The position numbers and the translations under genes were made by a program. The notes beneath the pieces were generated by a model, which saw only the letters and a list, made by a program, of their open reading frames with translations, did no database searches and was not told the DNA's origin. From Eubacteriales bacterium (GTDB lineage Bacteria > Bacillota > Clostridia > Oscillospirales > CAG-272): a DNA stretch of 64,000 nt. Positions 28,253 through 37,608 of this stretch are shown here, piece by piece. The stretch is from NCBI GenBank assembly GCA_045543015.1, contig JAZQLY010000033.1:32293-96292 (forward strand), read 5' to 3'. Each line of letters begins with the position of its first letter. Positions within the stretch are counted from its first letter, which is position 1.

Positions 28253-31200
28253 TTATTTATTATTAATGTAGGAAAGCGTTGCATCCGAGAAGCCGAAGCC
28301 GGCAAGCTCTTCTGCATCCAACCCACGCAAGTACTTCAAATAAGCCTCAATTGCTTCGTCTACCAAGGCGATCTCCTGTTCCTTGCTGGAGGTTGCCTTG
28401 TCAGCCAAAACGGGCAGCTCAAATTCCTCACGTTTTCTGGTAATTTCTTTATTGATCGTCTTGACATAGCCCTTCAGCTGCTCTACGGGGTCAGCACCGT
28501 CATTGTAGGAGTTGAGGAAGGCGAAGTTCAGATAACGGTCAATGATGTATGCACCGGGGTAGTTGGGAATAGTAGCCAGGTTGTTATACTGTGCATACAG
28601 ATTCTCATACTCCTCTGTCGTCCAGGACATCTTGAAGAGTGCTTCTCTGTTTGCCGTGTTGTACTTAGCGGAAGGACCGATCAAGGCAACCATGCTGTTA
28701 CCGTAGGATGCCTGCACGTCCGCGCTGACCTGCCACTTCATGAAGCGCCAGGAGGCGGCTGCATCATCTACGCCGTTCATCATAACAACGGCATTGACAC
28801 CGGCGATAGAAACGCTGGAGATGGTGCCATCCGACCGTTCGGTGCCGGGTACGTTGGTAAACATCCACAGACCGCGGATCTCGGTTGCGAATACGGTCAA
28901 CTGGTTGTACATACCAACTGCATCAGCAATGACCAGCGGCATTTCACCAGTACGGAAACGGTTTGCCGCATCATAGGATACGGGGAAGCTGTAGTCGGTA
29001 TAGAAACGGGTCATGTAGCGGAAGGCGTCCAGCGCTACGTCCTCATCATACGAGATCTCCATGTAGTCGAAGTACGTCGCAAAGGTATCATCGCTCATCA
29101 GATCTGCATACTTCGTACCGGCGTACTGTGTACCATCATAGGTCCAACGGTCGCCACCTCTCTGATAGTGGAAGAGGTTGTAGTCTCTTGCCAGACCGAT
29201 CTCCATGTTTGCAGCCTGGAAGACAGGCACGCAGGTGAGCAGGTCATCCCACGTCTGGGGAACGTCAAGGCCGAGGTTTGCCAGCGCATCCTTCCGGTAG
29301 AACATCATCGAGAAGGAAACCGATTCAGGAACACCATAGATCTTATTATACATGCTGAGAGGAACCAGGGTCGCTTCATTAAAGTCCTGCAGAGCCAGCT
29401 GAAGGTCAGCCTTATGCTCTGCGGTGCCCGGGTAATCATCCAACGGGAGAACCGCACTTCTGATCGCGTAGTTGATAACGCTACCGCTATCAAGACCTAC
29501 GTATACGTCCGGGCCCTGCTTTGCCAGTACCGAAGGCAACAGCGTACCGCCGGCAACCAGCTTCAGGTCAACGGCAATACCCTCACCTACCGAGGTAGAG
29601 CTGAAGGACGAGTCGACCAGGGAACGCCAGATGCTTGCCTGGTCACGGCCGGTGGCCAGCCACACCTCAACACGGGTGCGATCAGCGTTTTCCTCCTCGG
29701 TAACGGTAACACCCATCTGGTTGTAGTCTACGAAGAAACTATTAAAGAAGGAAGAAATTTCAAATCCGATCGCCTGGAAGAAGGTCGCATCTACACGATA
29801 CTGCTCATCCAGCACAACGTCAAAGGTCTTATCATAGGTGCTGTTGCCGGAACCGCTTACCACGATGTAGTCCATCATCAGCGACTGCTGCTTCGAGGTG
29901 TTCAACCACGTACCCAGCGTACCGATATAAGACTTCAGGTCATCCAGGTTCTCGGCGATCTTATCCTCCTCCGAGCCCATGACGTCAAGCAGGTATGCAA
30001 CCTTATCCAGCGTTGCAACGTGCGCACCCTTGGAGCCGGAGAGGTTGGTCAGCAGCTCCGAAACTGCGTACAGGTTGAGAGACTCCTTATACAGCGAACG
30101 AACCGTAGCCGGCATAACGCGGCCAAAACGGTAGTCACGGTATTCATCAGGCTCTGCACCGGTCAGCTTCAGAATATCCAGATAGCAATCGTTGATAACG
30201 CCAAGCGATCTTTCTACCTCTTCAATAACCGTAGAAAGCGTACCCAGGCTTACCTCCAGGGCAAGCGTGTAGGTCTCGCCTTCCTCAAAGTAGAACTGGA
30301 AGACATTGTCGCCATCGCCAAGCGTTGCGATCTGCCAAGCCTTGTCATAATCAAAGCGGGCATTATATGCCTCGGCAAACGGAACGTCCAGCGTGTCACC
30401 GTAGATACCGCCGGCCAAGCGAACCGCGCGGGAGGTGTACATACCGGCCAGCTTATCCTGCTTGCAACGAACCGAAATGGTGTAAAGACCAGTCTCGGTT
30501 ACGGTGAAGCGGTAGCTTGCCCACTGCCCTACCGTATCGTAGCTGTTGCTACCCAGCACGTTCAGCAGCTGTGCGCCGGAGGAGGTAGGAGAGTTGGCAG
30601 CCGAGGTACGGTCATTTGCTGCGTATACGGAGGTATCCGAAACGCGATACGGTGCCTCTGCCTCAATGCGGATGCTGGCATCCTTGCCTGCAGCAGGATA
30701 CTTGGCAGCCTTGTATTCTGCCAGCACATCCTCGTACGATTTGAGCTCATCCACCGGGAAAAGGCGGATAGACTTAATGGCCATCGCCTCTCTCGTGCTT
30801 TGCAGCGCGATGGTATGAAGATCACCGTTCTTGCCGCTGTTATCGAAGTAGAACTCAAAGGCCCCCTGATAGAAGCCGTTCGGATCGGAGAACGTATAGG
30901 TCTTCCACTCCGGAGAAACGACCGCATTCGGCTTCAGCTGGTTGCCGTTGATATCCTCACGGAAGATGGGGTGACCGTTTTCGTTCAGGCTGACACCGTT
31001 CAGATCCGGCGTAACGCCCTCAGATGCGGTATACTCATACTTCCAGGTCTTGGACATCGTCAGATATCTCGCCTGCGAGAAGGGCACCTTACCGTCAAGG
31101 TAGAACATACGCTCGATGGAAGAGGCGGTCTCGCCAAGCGGATAATACTCGATCTCAATGCCGTAGCGGCCGGATGCAGGAATGGTCACCTGCCATGCAA

Positions 31201-31591
31201 GCGTACCGCTGGTAGGAGAAAGCAGCGAATGAACGCCGCCGTACTCACCGAACGACACTGCCAAATCATTGGCATCAACTGTCACCTTCTCTCCCTCTTC
31301 GCCGAGGTAGTAGAAGGCGTTGACCGCCGCATCGTAATAGTAAGTTGTCTTACCGTCCGAATAGGAGTACAACTCCTTTGCGTCGATCTCAACTGTTTCA
31401 GTTCCCTTCACATTCGGCTGTTTTCCAATGTACACCGAATAGGAAGAGGCATTCAACAGCTCGCGCAATTCCTCAATGGTGGATGACACAACGCTGCTTG
31501 CGGCGGCCGAGCCCGACACGCCGAAAAGACCGCAAAGCATCATGACCGCAAGGAAGAGCGCGATAGTGCGGATGAACCTGGTTCTCTTCAT
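28253..31591 (-). CDS. Very large extracellular solute-binding protein (family 1 SBP C-terminal domain plus N-terminal beta-sandwich domains)
   Basis: Signal peptide; C-terminal SBP motifs GPDV, MMFYRKD, VPQTWDDL, FRTGEMPL, WRFMKW; 1112 aa; GGAGG RBS. Confidence 0.85.
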   Translation of the reverse strand: MKRTRFIRTIALFLAVMMLCGLFGVSGSAAASSVVSSTIEELRELLNASSYSVYIGKQPNVKGTETVEIDAKELYSYSDGKTTYYYDAAVNAFYYLGEEGEKVTVDANDLAVSFGEYGGVHSLLSPTSGTLAWQVTIPASGRYGIEIEYYPLGETASSIERMFYLDGKVPFSQARYLTMSKTWKYEYTASEGVTPDLNGVSLNENGHPIFREDINGNQLKPNAVVSPEWKTYTFSDPNGFYQGAFEFYFDNSGKNGDLHTIALQSTREAMAIKSIRLFPVDELKSYEDVLAEYKAAKYPAAGKDASIRIEAEAPYRVSDTSVYAANDRTSAANSPTSSGAQLLNVLGSNSYDTVGQWASYRFTVTETGLYTISVRCKQDKLAGMYTSRAVRLAGGIYGDTLDVPFAEAYNARFDYDKAWQIATLGDGDNVFQFYFEEGETYTLALEVSLGTLSTVIEEVERSLGVINDCYLDILKLTGAEPDEYRDYRFGRVMPATVRSLYKESLNLYAVSELLTNLSGSKGAHVATLDKVAYLLDVMGSEEDKIAENLDDLKSYIGTLGTWLNTSKQQSLMMDYIVVSGSGNSTYDKTFDVVLDEQYRVDATFFQAIGFEISSFFNSFFVDYNQMGVTVTEEENADRTRVEVWLATGRDQASIWRSLVDSSFSSTSVGEGIAVDLKLVAGGTLLPSVLAKQGPDVYVGLDSGSVINYAIRSAVLPLDDYPGTAEHKADLQLALQDFNEATLVPLSMYNKIYGVPESVSFSMMFYRKDALANLGLDVPQTWDDLLTCVPVFQAANMEIGLARDYNLFHYQRGGDRWTYDGTQYAGTKYADLMSDDTFATYFDYMEISYDEDVALDAFRYMTRFYTDYSFPVSYDAANRFRTGEMPLVIADAVGMYNQLTVFATEIRGLWMFTNVPGTERSDGTISSVSIAGVNAVVMMNGVDDAAASWRFMKWQVSADVQASYGNSMVALIGPSAKYNTANREALFKMSWTTEEYENLYAQYNNLATIPNYPGAYIIDRYLNFAFLNSYNDGADPVEQLKGYVKTINKEITRKREEFELPVLADKATSSKEQEIALVDEAIEAYLKYLRGLDAEELAGFGFSDATLSYINNK

Positions 31592-31729
31592 GAAAAATTC
31601 CTCCTAGAAAATTTCGAGGCACTGCCCCAAGACGTAACAATTCGCGCGCTGCAATGCAGCACCAAAGCAACCCCTTTGCCCCTACAAATACAAAAGGGCA
31701 AAAAAACGCCTATGAATTATTATAGGAAT

Positions 31730-31758
31730 ATCTTAACACAAAACACGCAAAATGTCAA
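31730..31758 (-). promoter_or_regulatory. Strong sigmaA promoter of the ABC operon
   Basis: TTGACA-17 bp-TAAGAT with extended -10 TG; implies a ~130-nt leader. Confidence 0.8.
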
Positions 31759-32226
31759 GCAAAAAAAAGCTTACCTGGCATGCCGCAGCACGGCAAAAAA
31801 GCATTCCTCCGCCCCAGCGGCGAACGCCGCGTAGTGGCAAAACCGCCCTCTGTCGCCGAGGCCGTTTTTTCTTAACAATTCCAAACGGCAAAATGTAATT
31901 GGTTTTTACATTTTATCGCCATTTTGTGCCTTGTTTATATGTAAATTTAAGTTCAATGTAAATTCTTTTTACTTTTTGCGTACAAAAAGCGGTTTTATTT
32001 TGTTCACACTCTGTTTTTGTTTATATGGTAAAGTTGCACAAAAAAATCAGAAAAATTTCTACACATCGACAATTTCGGATTTTTGCTTCTCAAGGCAAAA
32101 ATCATCCTAAAAATGGAAAATTCTTCTTGTTTTTTCCATTTTTGCAATGACGAGCCACTTATGCAAGCCACAAAACCGGGCGTTTGCGCGAGCAAAAGCG
32201 CAGGCAAAGAATGTGGGCAAAATGGA

Positions 32227-32260
32227 ACGGCGCCACCCCGCTGCGGGGTGACGCCGCCGT
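32227..32260 (-). terminator. Probable terminator of gltX
   Basis: GC-rich inverted repeat ggcg-caccccg/cggggtg-cgcc just after the stop codon. Confidence 0.6.
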
Positions 32261-32267
32261 AAAAGCG

Positions 32268-33728
32268 TTACGCGAATTTGGCAATTGCAGAGGCAAGGCG
32301 GGCAAGGCTTTCCTGCTTACCGATAGCTGCCATGATCTCTGTTGCACCGCCGGGCGTGACCGTCATGCCGGACACCGCAATGCGCAGGCACCACAGGATC
32401 GCACCGCTCTTGCAGCCAAGGCTCTCAGAAAGCTGCAGCAGGGCGGCATACAGCGTGTCATTATCCCACGTCTCTACCGCCTGCAAGGCAGGCTGGGCGG
32501 CACGCAGCAGATCCCCTGCCCCTTCTACCGTCACCTTGTTCTTTTTGTTCTCAAACAAAGAAACGTCATATTCGCAAAGGGTGCGGAACAACTCGCTCTT
32601 TTCTTCTACCTCGCTAAGCTTACCAACGCGCCCCTGCAGGAGGCGCAGCACGGCTGCAACGTCAACCTCCGCCGGGAAAGAGGAGCGGAAGAAGGGCGTA
32701 GCCAGCTCTGCAAATTTTTCCGGCGAGAGCTTTTTGATATACTCGCCGTTGAACCAATACAGCTTATCAAAATCAAAGACCGCGGGCGACTTATTGACAC
32801 CGGCGATGGTGAAAGCACGCTCTAATTCCTGCATGGTGAAGAACTCGGTTTCCGCATTCTCACCCTTAGGGGCCCAGCCGAGCAGCGCGATGTAGTTGAC
32901 GATCGCCTCCGGCAGGAAGCCGTCATTCACCAGATCCTCAAAGCTGACGGCGCCATGACGCTTGGAAAGCTTGGACACGCTACCGTCTGCATTTTTGCCC
33001 ATCAGCAGCGGCAGATGTACATATTGCGGCCGTTCCCAGCCGAAGGCATCATACAGCAGCGCATACTTGGGCGTAGAGGTAACGTACTCACTACCGCGCA
33101 CCACATGGGTGACCTGCATCAGATGATCGTCCACCACATGGGCAAAGTTGTAGGTGGGATAACCGTCTGCCTTCATCAGGATCTGATCCTGCAGCTCTTT
33201 GTTCTCAACAGACACCTCGCCAAACACCATATCGGTATACGAGGTCACGCCCTCAAGCGGCATCTTCTGCCGGATGACGTACGGGATACCGGCATCCAGA
33301 TTTTTCTGCACCTCCTCGGGCGAGAGGTCACGGCAGTGACGGTCATAACCGCCGGTCGCATCCTCCTCGTGCAGCTGCTCCAGTCTCTCCTTGGTGCAGA
33401 AGCAATAGTAGGCAGCGCCACGCTCGACCAATTGCTTGGCATATTCCATATAGATGGGCTTACGCTCACTCTGCACATACGGGCCGTGCTCACCCCCCAC
33501 ACCGGGGCCCTCATCATACGAAAGCCCCGTAACGGCCAGGGTGCGCAGGATCACTTCGGTAGCGCCCTCTACCAGACGTTCTCTATCTGTATCCTCAATG
33601 CGCAGGATAAAGCGACCGCCATCATGACGTGCGATCAGATAAGCGTACAGCGCGGTACGCAGATTGCCGATATGCATATAGCCGGTCGGACTGGGTGCAA
33701 AGCGTGTAACAACCGATTTTTTCTCCAT
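32268..33728 (-). CDS. gltX: Glutamate--tRNA ligase
   Basis: RFAPSPTG, HIGN, RIEDTD, AYYCFC, KLSKR. Promoter TTGACG-17-TACAAT at 33808-33780. Confidence 0.97.
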   Translation of the reverse strand: MEKKSVVTRFAPSPTGYMHIGNLRTALYAYLIARHDGGRFILRIEDTDRERLVEGATEVILRTLAVTGLSYDEGPGVGGEHGPYVQSERKPIYMEYAKQLVERGAAYYCFCTKERLEQLHEEDATGGYDRHCRDLSPEEVQKNLDAGIPYVIRQKMPLEGVTSYTDMVFGEVSVENKELQDQILMKADGYPTYNFAHVVDDHLMQVTHVVRGSEYVTSTPKYALLYDAFGWERPQYVHLPLLMGKNADGSVSKLSKRHGAVSFEDLVNDGFLPEAIVNYIALLGWAPKGENAETEFFTMQELERAFTIAGVNKSPAVFDFDKLYWFNGEYIKKLSPEKFAELATPFFRSSFPAEVDVAAVLRLLQGRVGKLSEVEEKSELFRTLCEYDVSLFENKKNKVTVEGAGDLLRAAQPALQAVETWDNDTLYAALLQLSESLGCKSGAILWCLRIAVSGMTVTPGGATEIMAAIGKQESLARLASAIAKFA

Positions 33729-33840
33729 GGTTTCTTCCTTCCTTCTTCCAATATTCTTCAAATGTTCTCGGATGGATGTATTGTAACACATTTTTCTCAC
33801 TTCGTCAACAGAAATTCACACTTTCCGCACAATTATTTGT

Positions 33841-33869
33841 TTGACAGAAGCGAAAAAAAGCGGTATAAT
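33841..33869 (+). promoter_or_regulatory. Consensus sigmaA promoter of the histidine kinase
   Basis: TTGACA-17 bp-TATAAT. Confidence 0.88.
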
Positions 33870-33911
33870 GATAACAGAGGGGTCTATTCCCTTTTTCAGC
33901 GGAGGAGACGT

Positions 33912-35360
33912 ATGAAAAGTTTATTTGTCAAATACATCACGGCCGTAGCAGCTATTATGCTGATCAGCTTCTTGATGCTTTCGTCCATCATTTCGGTCAG
34001 CATTGACGATTTTGCAACCGAGGCACGGCGAGACGATATCGTTCTGGTCTCTGCCATCGCCACGGCGGTCATTCAGGAAGAATATGAAACGACCGGCGCC
34101 CCCTCCTTTGCCGCGTTTGCAGCAACGGTGGAAAAGCCGCTTGATCACATTTTGGAAACGATCGCGCGGGATGATAAGGAGATCTCCTTTCTTATCACAG
34201 ACGAAAACGGCAGGGTGCTTGCCTCCTGCATCCGCACGAACGGATTTGGCCGCATCACAGCTCTCTCGCACGGGTTTATGGAAGAGGTGAAGCGAGAGGA
34301 CCGCTATCAGTCTTACGGCAGACTGGACGGGCAGCTCACCAAGCCGCACCTGATCTGCACCTCTCCGATCACGCACCAAAGCGGAGAAGCCGAGGCCTAT
34401 CTCTTCGCCTGCTCTACCGATACCAGTGCGGATGCCCTGGTATCCGTGATGAACAAGAGCATCTTTTTGACCAACCTGTGGGTCATGCTGGCGATCATGA
34501 TCGCCGTATATTTCATCACCGAGCGCCTGCTCGCCCCGCTGCGCGAGATGCGCCAGGCGGCAAAGGACTTCTCGCACGGCAAATTTGACACGCGCATACA
34601 GGTAGTCGGCAACGATGAGATCGCTGATTTTTCAAGGACCTTCAACAGTATGGCCGAGTCACTTGGGCAATCGGAGATGATGCGTTCTACCTTTTTAGCC
34701 AACGTATCACATGATCTGCGTACCCCCATGACCACCATTGCCGGCTACGTAGACGGCATACTGAGCGGTGCCATCCCGCCTGAAAAGCAGGAATACTATC
34801 TGCAGATCGTCTCCTCCGAGACGCATCGGCTCTCCCGCCTTGTCTCACAGCTGCTGGATATCTCCCGCATGGAGGCTGGCATGCGCCAGTTCACGCCAAC
34901 CGAATTTGACATCTGCGAGCTGGCAAGGATCATTCTGATCTCGTTTGAAAGCAAGATCGACGGCAAGCATCTGGAGGTGGAATTTACAACGGATGAAGAC
35001 CGCATGCCCGTTCTTGCCGACAAGGATGCCATCCACCAGATCCTTTACAACATCTTTGAAAACGCCGTCAAATTCTCACGCGAGGGCGGGCTGCTGAGGA
35101 TCTCGATCACGCAGGGCGAGCGCGGAAAGTACAACGTGTGCGTATATAACGAGGGCAAGGGCATCGCCAAAGAAGACCTCCCCTATATCTTTGACCGGTT
35201 TTACAAGAGCGACAAGAGCCGCGGTCTGGACAAGATCGGCGTTGGACTTGGGCTTTACATCGTCAAGACCATGCTGAACGCCTGCGGTGAAAGCATCCGC
35301 GCCGAGAGCGAGGAGGGAGAATACTGCTCGTTCACCTTTACGATCAAGAAGGCAAATTAA
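33912..35360 (+). CDS. Membrane sensor histidine kinase (2 TM, HAMP, HisKA, HATPase)
   Basis: H-box NVSHDLRTPM, N-box NIFENAVKF, FDRFYK, GVGLGLYIVK; ATG 33912 after GGAGG. Confidence 0.93.
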   Translation: MKSLFVKYITAVAAIMLISFLMLSSIISVSIDDFATEARRDDIVLVSAIATAVIQEEYETTGAPSFAAFAATVEKPLDHILETIARDDKEISFLITDENGRVLASCIRTNGFGRITALSHGFMEEVKREDRYQSYGRLDGQLTKPHLICTSPITHQSGEAEAYLFACSTDTSADALVSVMNKSIFLTNLWVMLAIMIAVYFITERLLAPLREMRQAAKDFSHGKFDTRIQVVGNDEIADFSRTFNSMAESLGQSEMMRSTFLANVSHDLRTPMTTIAGYVDGILSGAIPPEKQEYYLQIVSSETHRLSRLVSQLLDISRMEAGMRQFTPTEFDICELARIILISFESKIDGKHLEVEFTTDEDRMPVLADKDAIHQILYNIFENAVKFSREGGLLRISITQGERGKYNVCVYNEGKGIAKEDLPYIFDRFYKSDKSRGLDKIGVGLGLYIVKTMLNACGESIRAESEEGEYCSFTFTIKKAN

Positions 35361-35376
35361 CAAGGAGGCAAGCGGC

Positions 35377-35406
35377 GTGATGATCAAGATCGCCGTTGCC
35401 GAATAA
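35377..35406 (+). pseudogene. Possible vestige of a response-regulator gene ((V)MIKIAVAE*)
   Basis: AAGGAGG RBS (35362-35368) directly after the kinase stop, then GTG ATG ATC AAG ATC GCC GTT GCC GAA TAA, resembling the receiver-domain beta1 strand. Confidence 0.4.
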
Positions 35407-35414
35407 TTCATACA

Positions 35415-35457
35415 GAAAAAAAAGAAACGAAGCGCTCTGCGCTTCGTTTCTTTTTTC
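35415..35457. terminator. Bidirectional terminator between the kinase and rpe
   Basis: aaaaaagaaacgaagcgc-tct-gcgcttcgtttctttttt. Confidence 0.85.
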
Positions 35458-35483
35458 ATCGCATCTCGTTTCCAGACGCAAAA

Positions 35484-36128
35484 TCAGCCACGCAGGCGGC
35501 GGATCGCCTCTGCGCGGTCGGATGCGCCAAAAACGGCACTGCCGGCCACCAGCACGTCTGCCCCGGCGGCAACGGCGGCAGCGGCATTCTCGGCATTGAT
35601 GCCACCGTCAACCTCGATCTCAAAGCTCAGGCCACAACGCGCACGCTCAGCACACAGGGCACGCACCTTGTCCAGCGTTTCGGGAATCAGCTTTTGCCCA
35701 CCGTAGCCGGCCTCCACCGTCATGACCAGCACCATATCACACAGCGCAAGATAGGGGTACACCGTCTCGATCGGGGTACGCGGATTGACGCACAAGGCTG
35801 CGCGGACACCGCGCGCGCGGATCCTTTCCAAGGTGGGTGCAATGCAATCACAGCTTTCGGCGTGGATGGTCAGAATATCTGCCCCGGCATCTATAAACCG
35901 ATCCACGTACCGTTCGGGCGCGGTGATCATCAGATGCACGTCAAAGATCATGTCGCTATGCTTTTTCAGCGCTGCAATGATCGGAAAGCCGAAGCTGATG
36001 TTGGGCACGAACACACCGTCCATCACGTCCAGATGGATGTAATCGGCACCGGCGGCCGCTACCGCCTGCACCTCGTCTGCCAGGCGGGCAAAATCACACG
36101 CCAAAACCGAGGGAGAAATTTTAATCAT
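35484..36128 (-). CDS. rpe: Ribulose-phosphate 3-epimerase
   Basis: ISPSVL, HLDVMDGVFVPN, DVHLM, EVDGG, VAGS. Confidence 0.96.
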   Translation of the reverse strand: MIKISPSVLACDFARLADEVQAVAAAGADYIHLDVMDGVFVPNISFGFPIIAALKKHSDMIFDVHLMITAPERYVDRFIDAGADILTIHAESCDCIAPTLERIRARGVRAALCVNPRTPIETVYPYLALCDMVLVMTVEAGYGGQKLIPETLDKVRALCAERARCGLSFEIEVDGGINAENAAAAVAAGADVLVAGSAVFGASDRAEAIRRLRG

Positions 36129-36369
36129 AACAAACACCCTTTCATTATAAAAAATTTAAAGTCTTTTTTTGAAAACTGGCAAAAAGCGGCAAACGCCGAA
36201 GAACGCCGCAGCCCCTGAAAAAGGACGAAATGCGCCCGTCCGCCATATGCTATAAAGGGCGCCTTTCCCGCATCTGCCCGGAGAAGGGATCAGAAAGGAA
36301 CGGGAGGTTACCGAAAAAAGCATCGCCGTGGCGGGTGCGCAGAGTGCAGCGGTTTTTACCGCTGCGCTT

Positions 36370-36846
36370 TTATTTTTCAAGCAGGCAAACGGCGTGCGCG
36401 GCAATGCCCTCACCTGCGCCGGTAAAGCCAAGCCCCTCCTCTGTCGTTGCCTTGATGTTCACCGCGCCGCTTTCACAGCAAAAGACCGCTGCAAGCTGCT
36501 CTCGCATTTGTGCCAGATAGGGGGCAAGCTTTGGCCGTTGCGCGATCACGGTAACGTCGATATTCCCGACCGAAAAGCCGTTTTTTTGCATCCGCTCTGT
36601 CACGCAGGCAGCCAGCTTCATGCTGGAGATCCCGCGGTAGGCCTCGTCCTTATCGGGAAACAGGTGGCCGATATCCGGCTCGCCCATAGCGCCAAGCACA
36701 GCATCCATCACCGCGTGCAGCAGCACGTCTGCATCCGAATGGCCCAAAAGCCCTTTTTCATAAGGGATGGTGACCCCACCGAGGATCAATGCCCGGTCGG
36801 GAACCAATTTATGCACGTCATACCCGTGCCCAATGCGAAAGATCAT
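36370..36846 (-). CDS. ispF: 2-C-methyl-D-erythritol 2,4-cyclodiphosphate synthase
   Basis: [32 protein letters not shown]. Hairpin at 36343-36368 follows. Confidence 0.97.
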   Translation of the reverse strand: MIFRIGHGYDVHKLVPDRALILGGVTIPYEKGLLGHSDADVLLHAVMDAVLGAMGEPDIGHLFPDKDEAYRGISSMKLAACVTERMQKNGFSVGNIDVTVIAQRPKLAPYLAQMREQLAAVFCCESGAVNIKATTEEGLGFTGAGEGIAAHAVCLLEK

Positions 36847-37604
36847 GACTCTGCCTCCTTACGCGCACGCAAGATCACCTCTGCACGCAGAATATCCTGC
36901 GGCACCGTGACCTTAAAATTCTCCGTCCCGCAATCGATCAGCTTTACCGTTTGCCCGATCCGCTCACAGAGCATCATATCATCGGTGGCAACGAATTTTT
37001 TCTGCATGGCGGTATACGCGGCGGCACGGTAAAGATCGGCCGAGAAGACCTGTGGCGTCTGTGCCAGCCATATCTCCTCGCGCGGCAGGGTGTCTACCAC
37101 GAAGCCGGCTGCATTTGCCCGCTTTACCGTATCAAAAACGCGGCAGGCGGCGGCGGCAGCACGCGTGGCATAGGCGGCGGCAACCACATCGGCGATCTGC
37201 CCGGGAGTGATGAGGCAACGCGCCGCATCGTGAATGGCAACGAATTTTGTTTTCTCCCCATCTATGGCCTCAAAGCCCGCAATGGCAGAGCGCTGGCGCG
37301 TATCGCCCCCCGGCACCACGCGGCGACATTTGCGTATGCCGTACATCTCCATCAGATGATACACCGTTTGCATCTCCTCCCGCCGTGCGACGACGATGAT
37401 ATCGTCGATATACGGGCAGGCATCAAACGCACGCGCCGTATGCACGAGAACGGGAATACCGTCTACGGGCATCAATTGCTTGGTAACGCCTTCACTCTGC
37501 ATGCGACTGCCCATGCCGCCCGCCAGCAGAATGGCAGCCGTATGAGGGCGTTTTTTGCGCCCAAGCAGACGTAAAATGCGGCAGATGCGATACGTTTTAC
37601 TCAT
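36843..37604 (-). CDS. ispD: 2-C-methyl-D-erythritol 4-phosphate cytidylyltransferase
   Basis: [36 protein letters not shown]. Confidence 0.95.
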   Translation of the reverse strand: MSKTYRICRILRLLGRKKRPHTAAILLAGGMGSRMQSEGVTKQLMPVDGIPVLVHTARAFDACPYIDDIIVVARREEMQTVYHLMEMYGIRKCRRVVPGGDTRQRSAIAGFEAIDGEKTKFVAIHDAARCLITPGQIADVVAAAYATRAAAAACRVFDTVKRANAAGFVVDTLPREEIWLAQTPQVFSADLYRAAAYTAMQKKFVATDDMMLCERIGQTVKLIDCGTENFKVTVPQDILRAEVILRARKEAES

Positions 37605-37608
37605 CTTC

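Noticed and set aside
18806-31486. Very long plus-strand ORFs (1094, 746, 1092 and 354 aa) antisense to the ABC operon
   Set aside because: They mirror the real genes in register and end near their boundaries. Avoidance of TTA/CTA/TCA codons in biased genes explains them, the same happens opposite ftsZ and rhaA, and they have no recognisable motifs.
32955-33911. N-terminal 319 aa of the 801-aa ORF-track call
   Set aside because: Overlaps gltX antisense and the divergent promoters; the kinase starts at ATG 33912 behind a consensus promoter and RBS.
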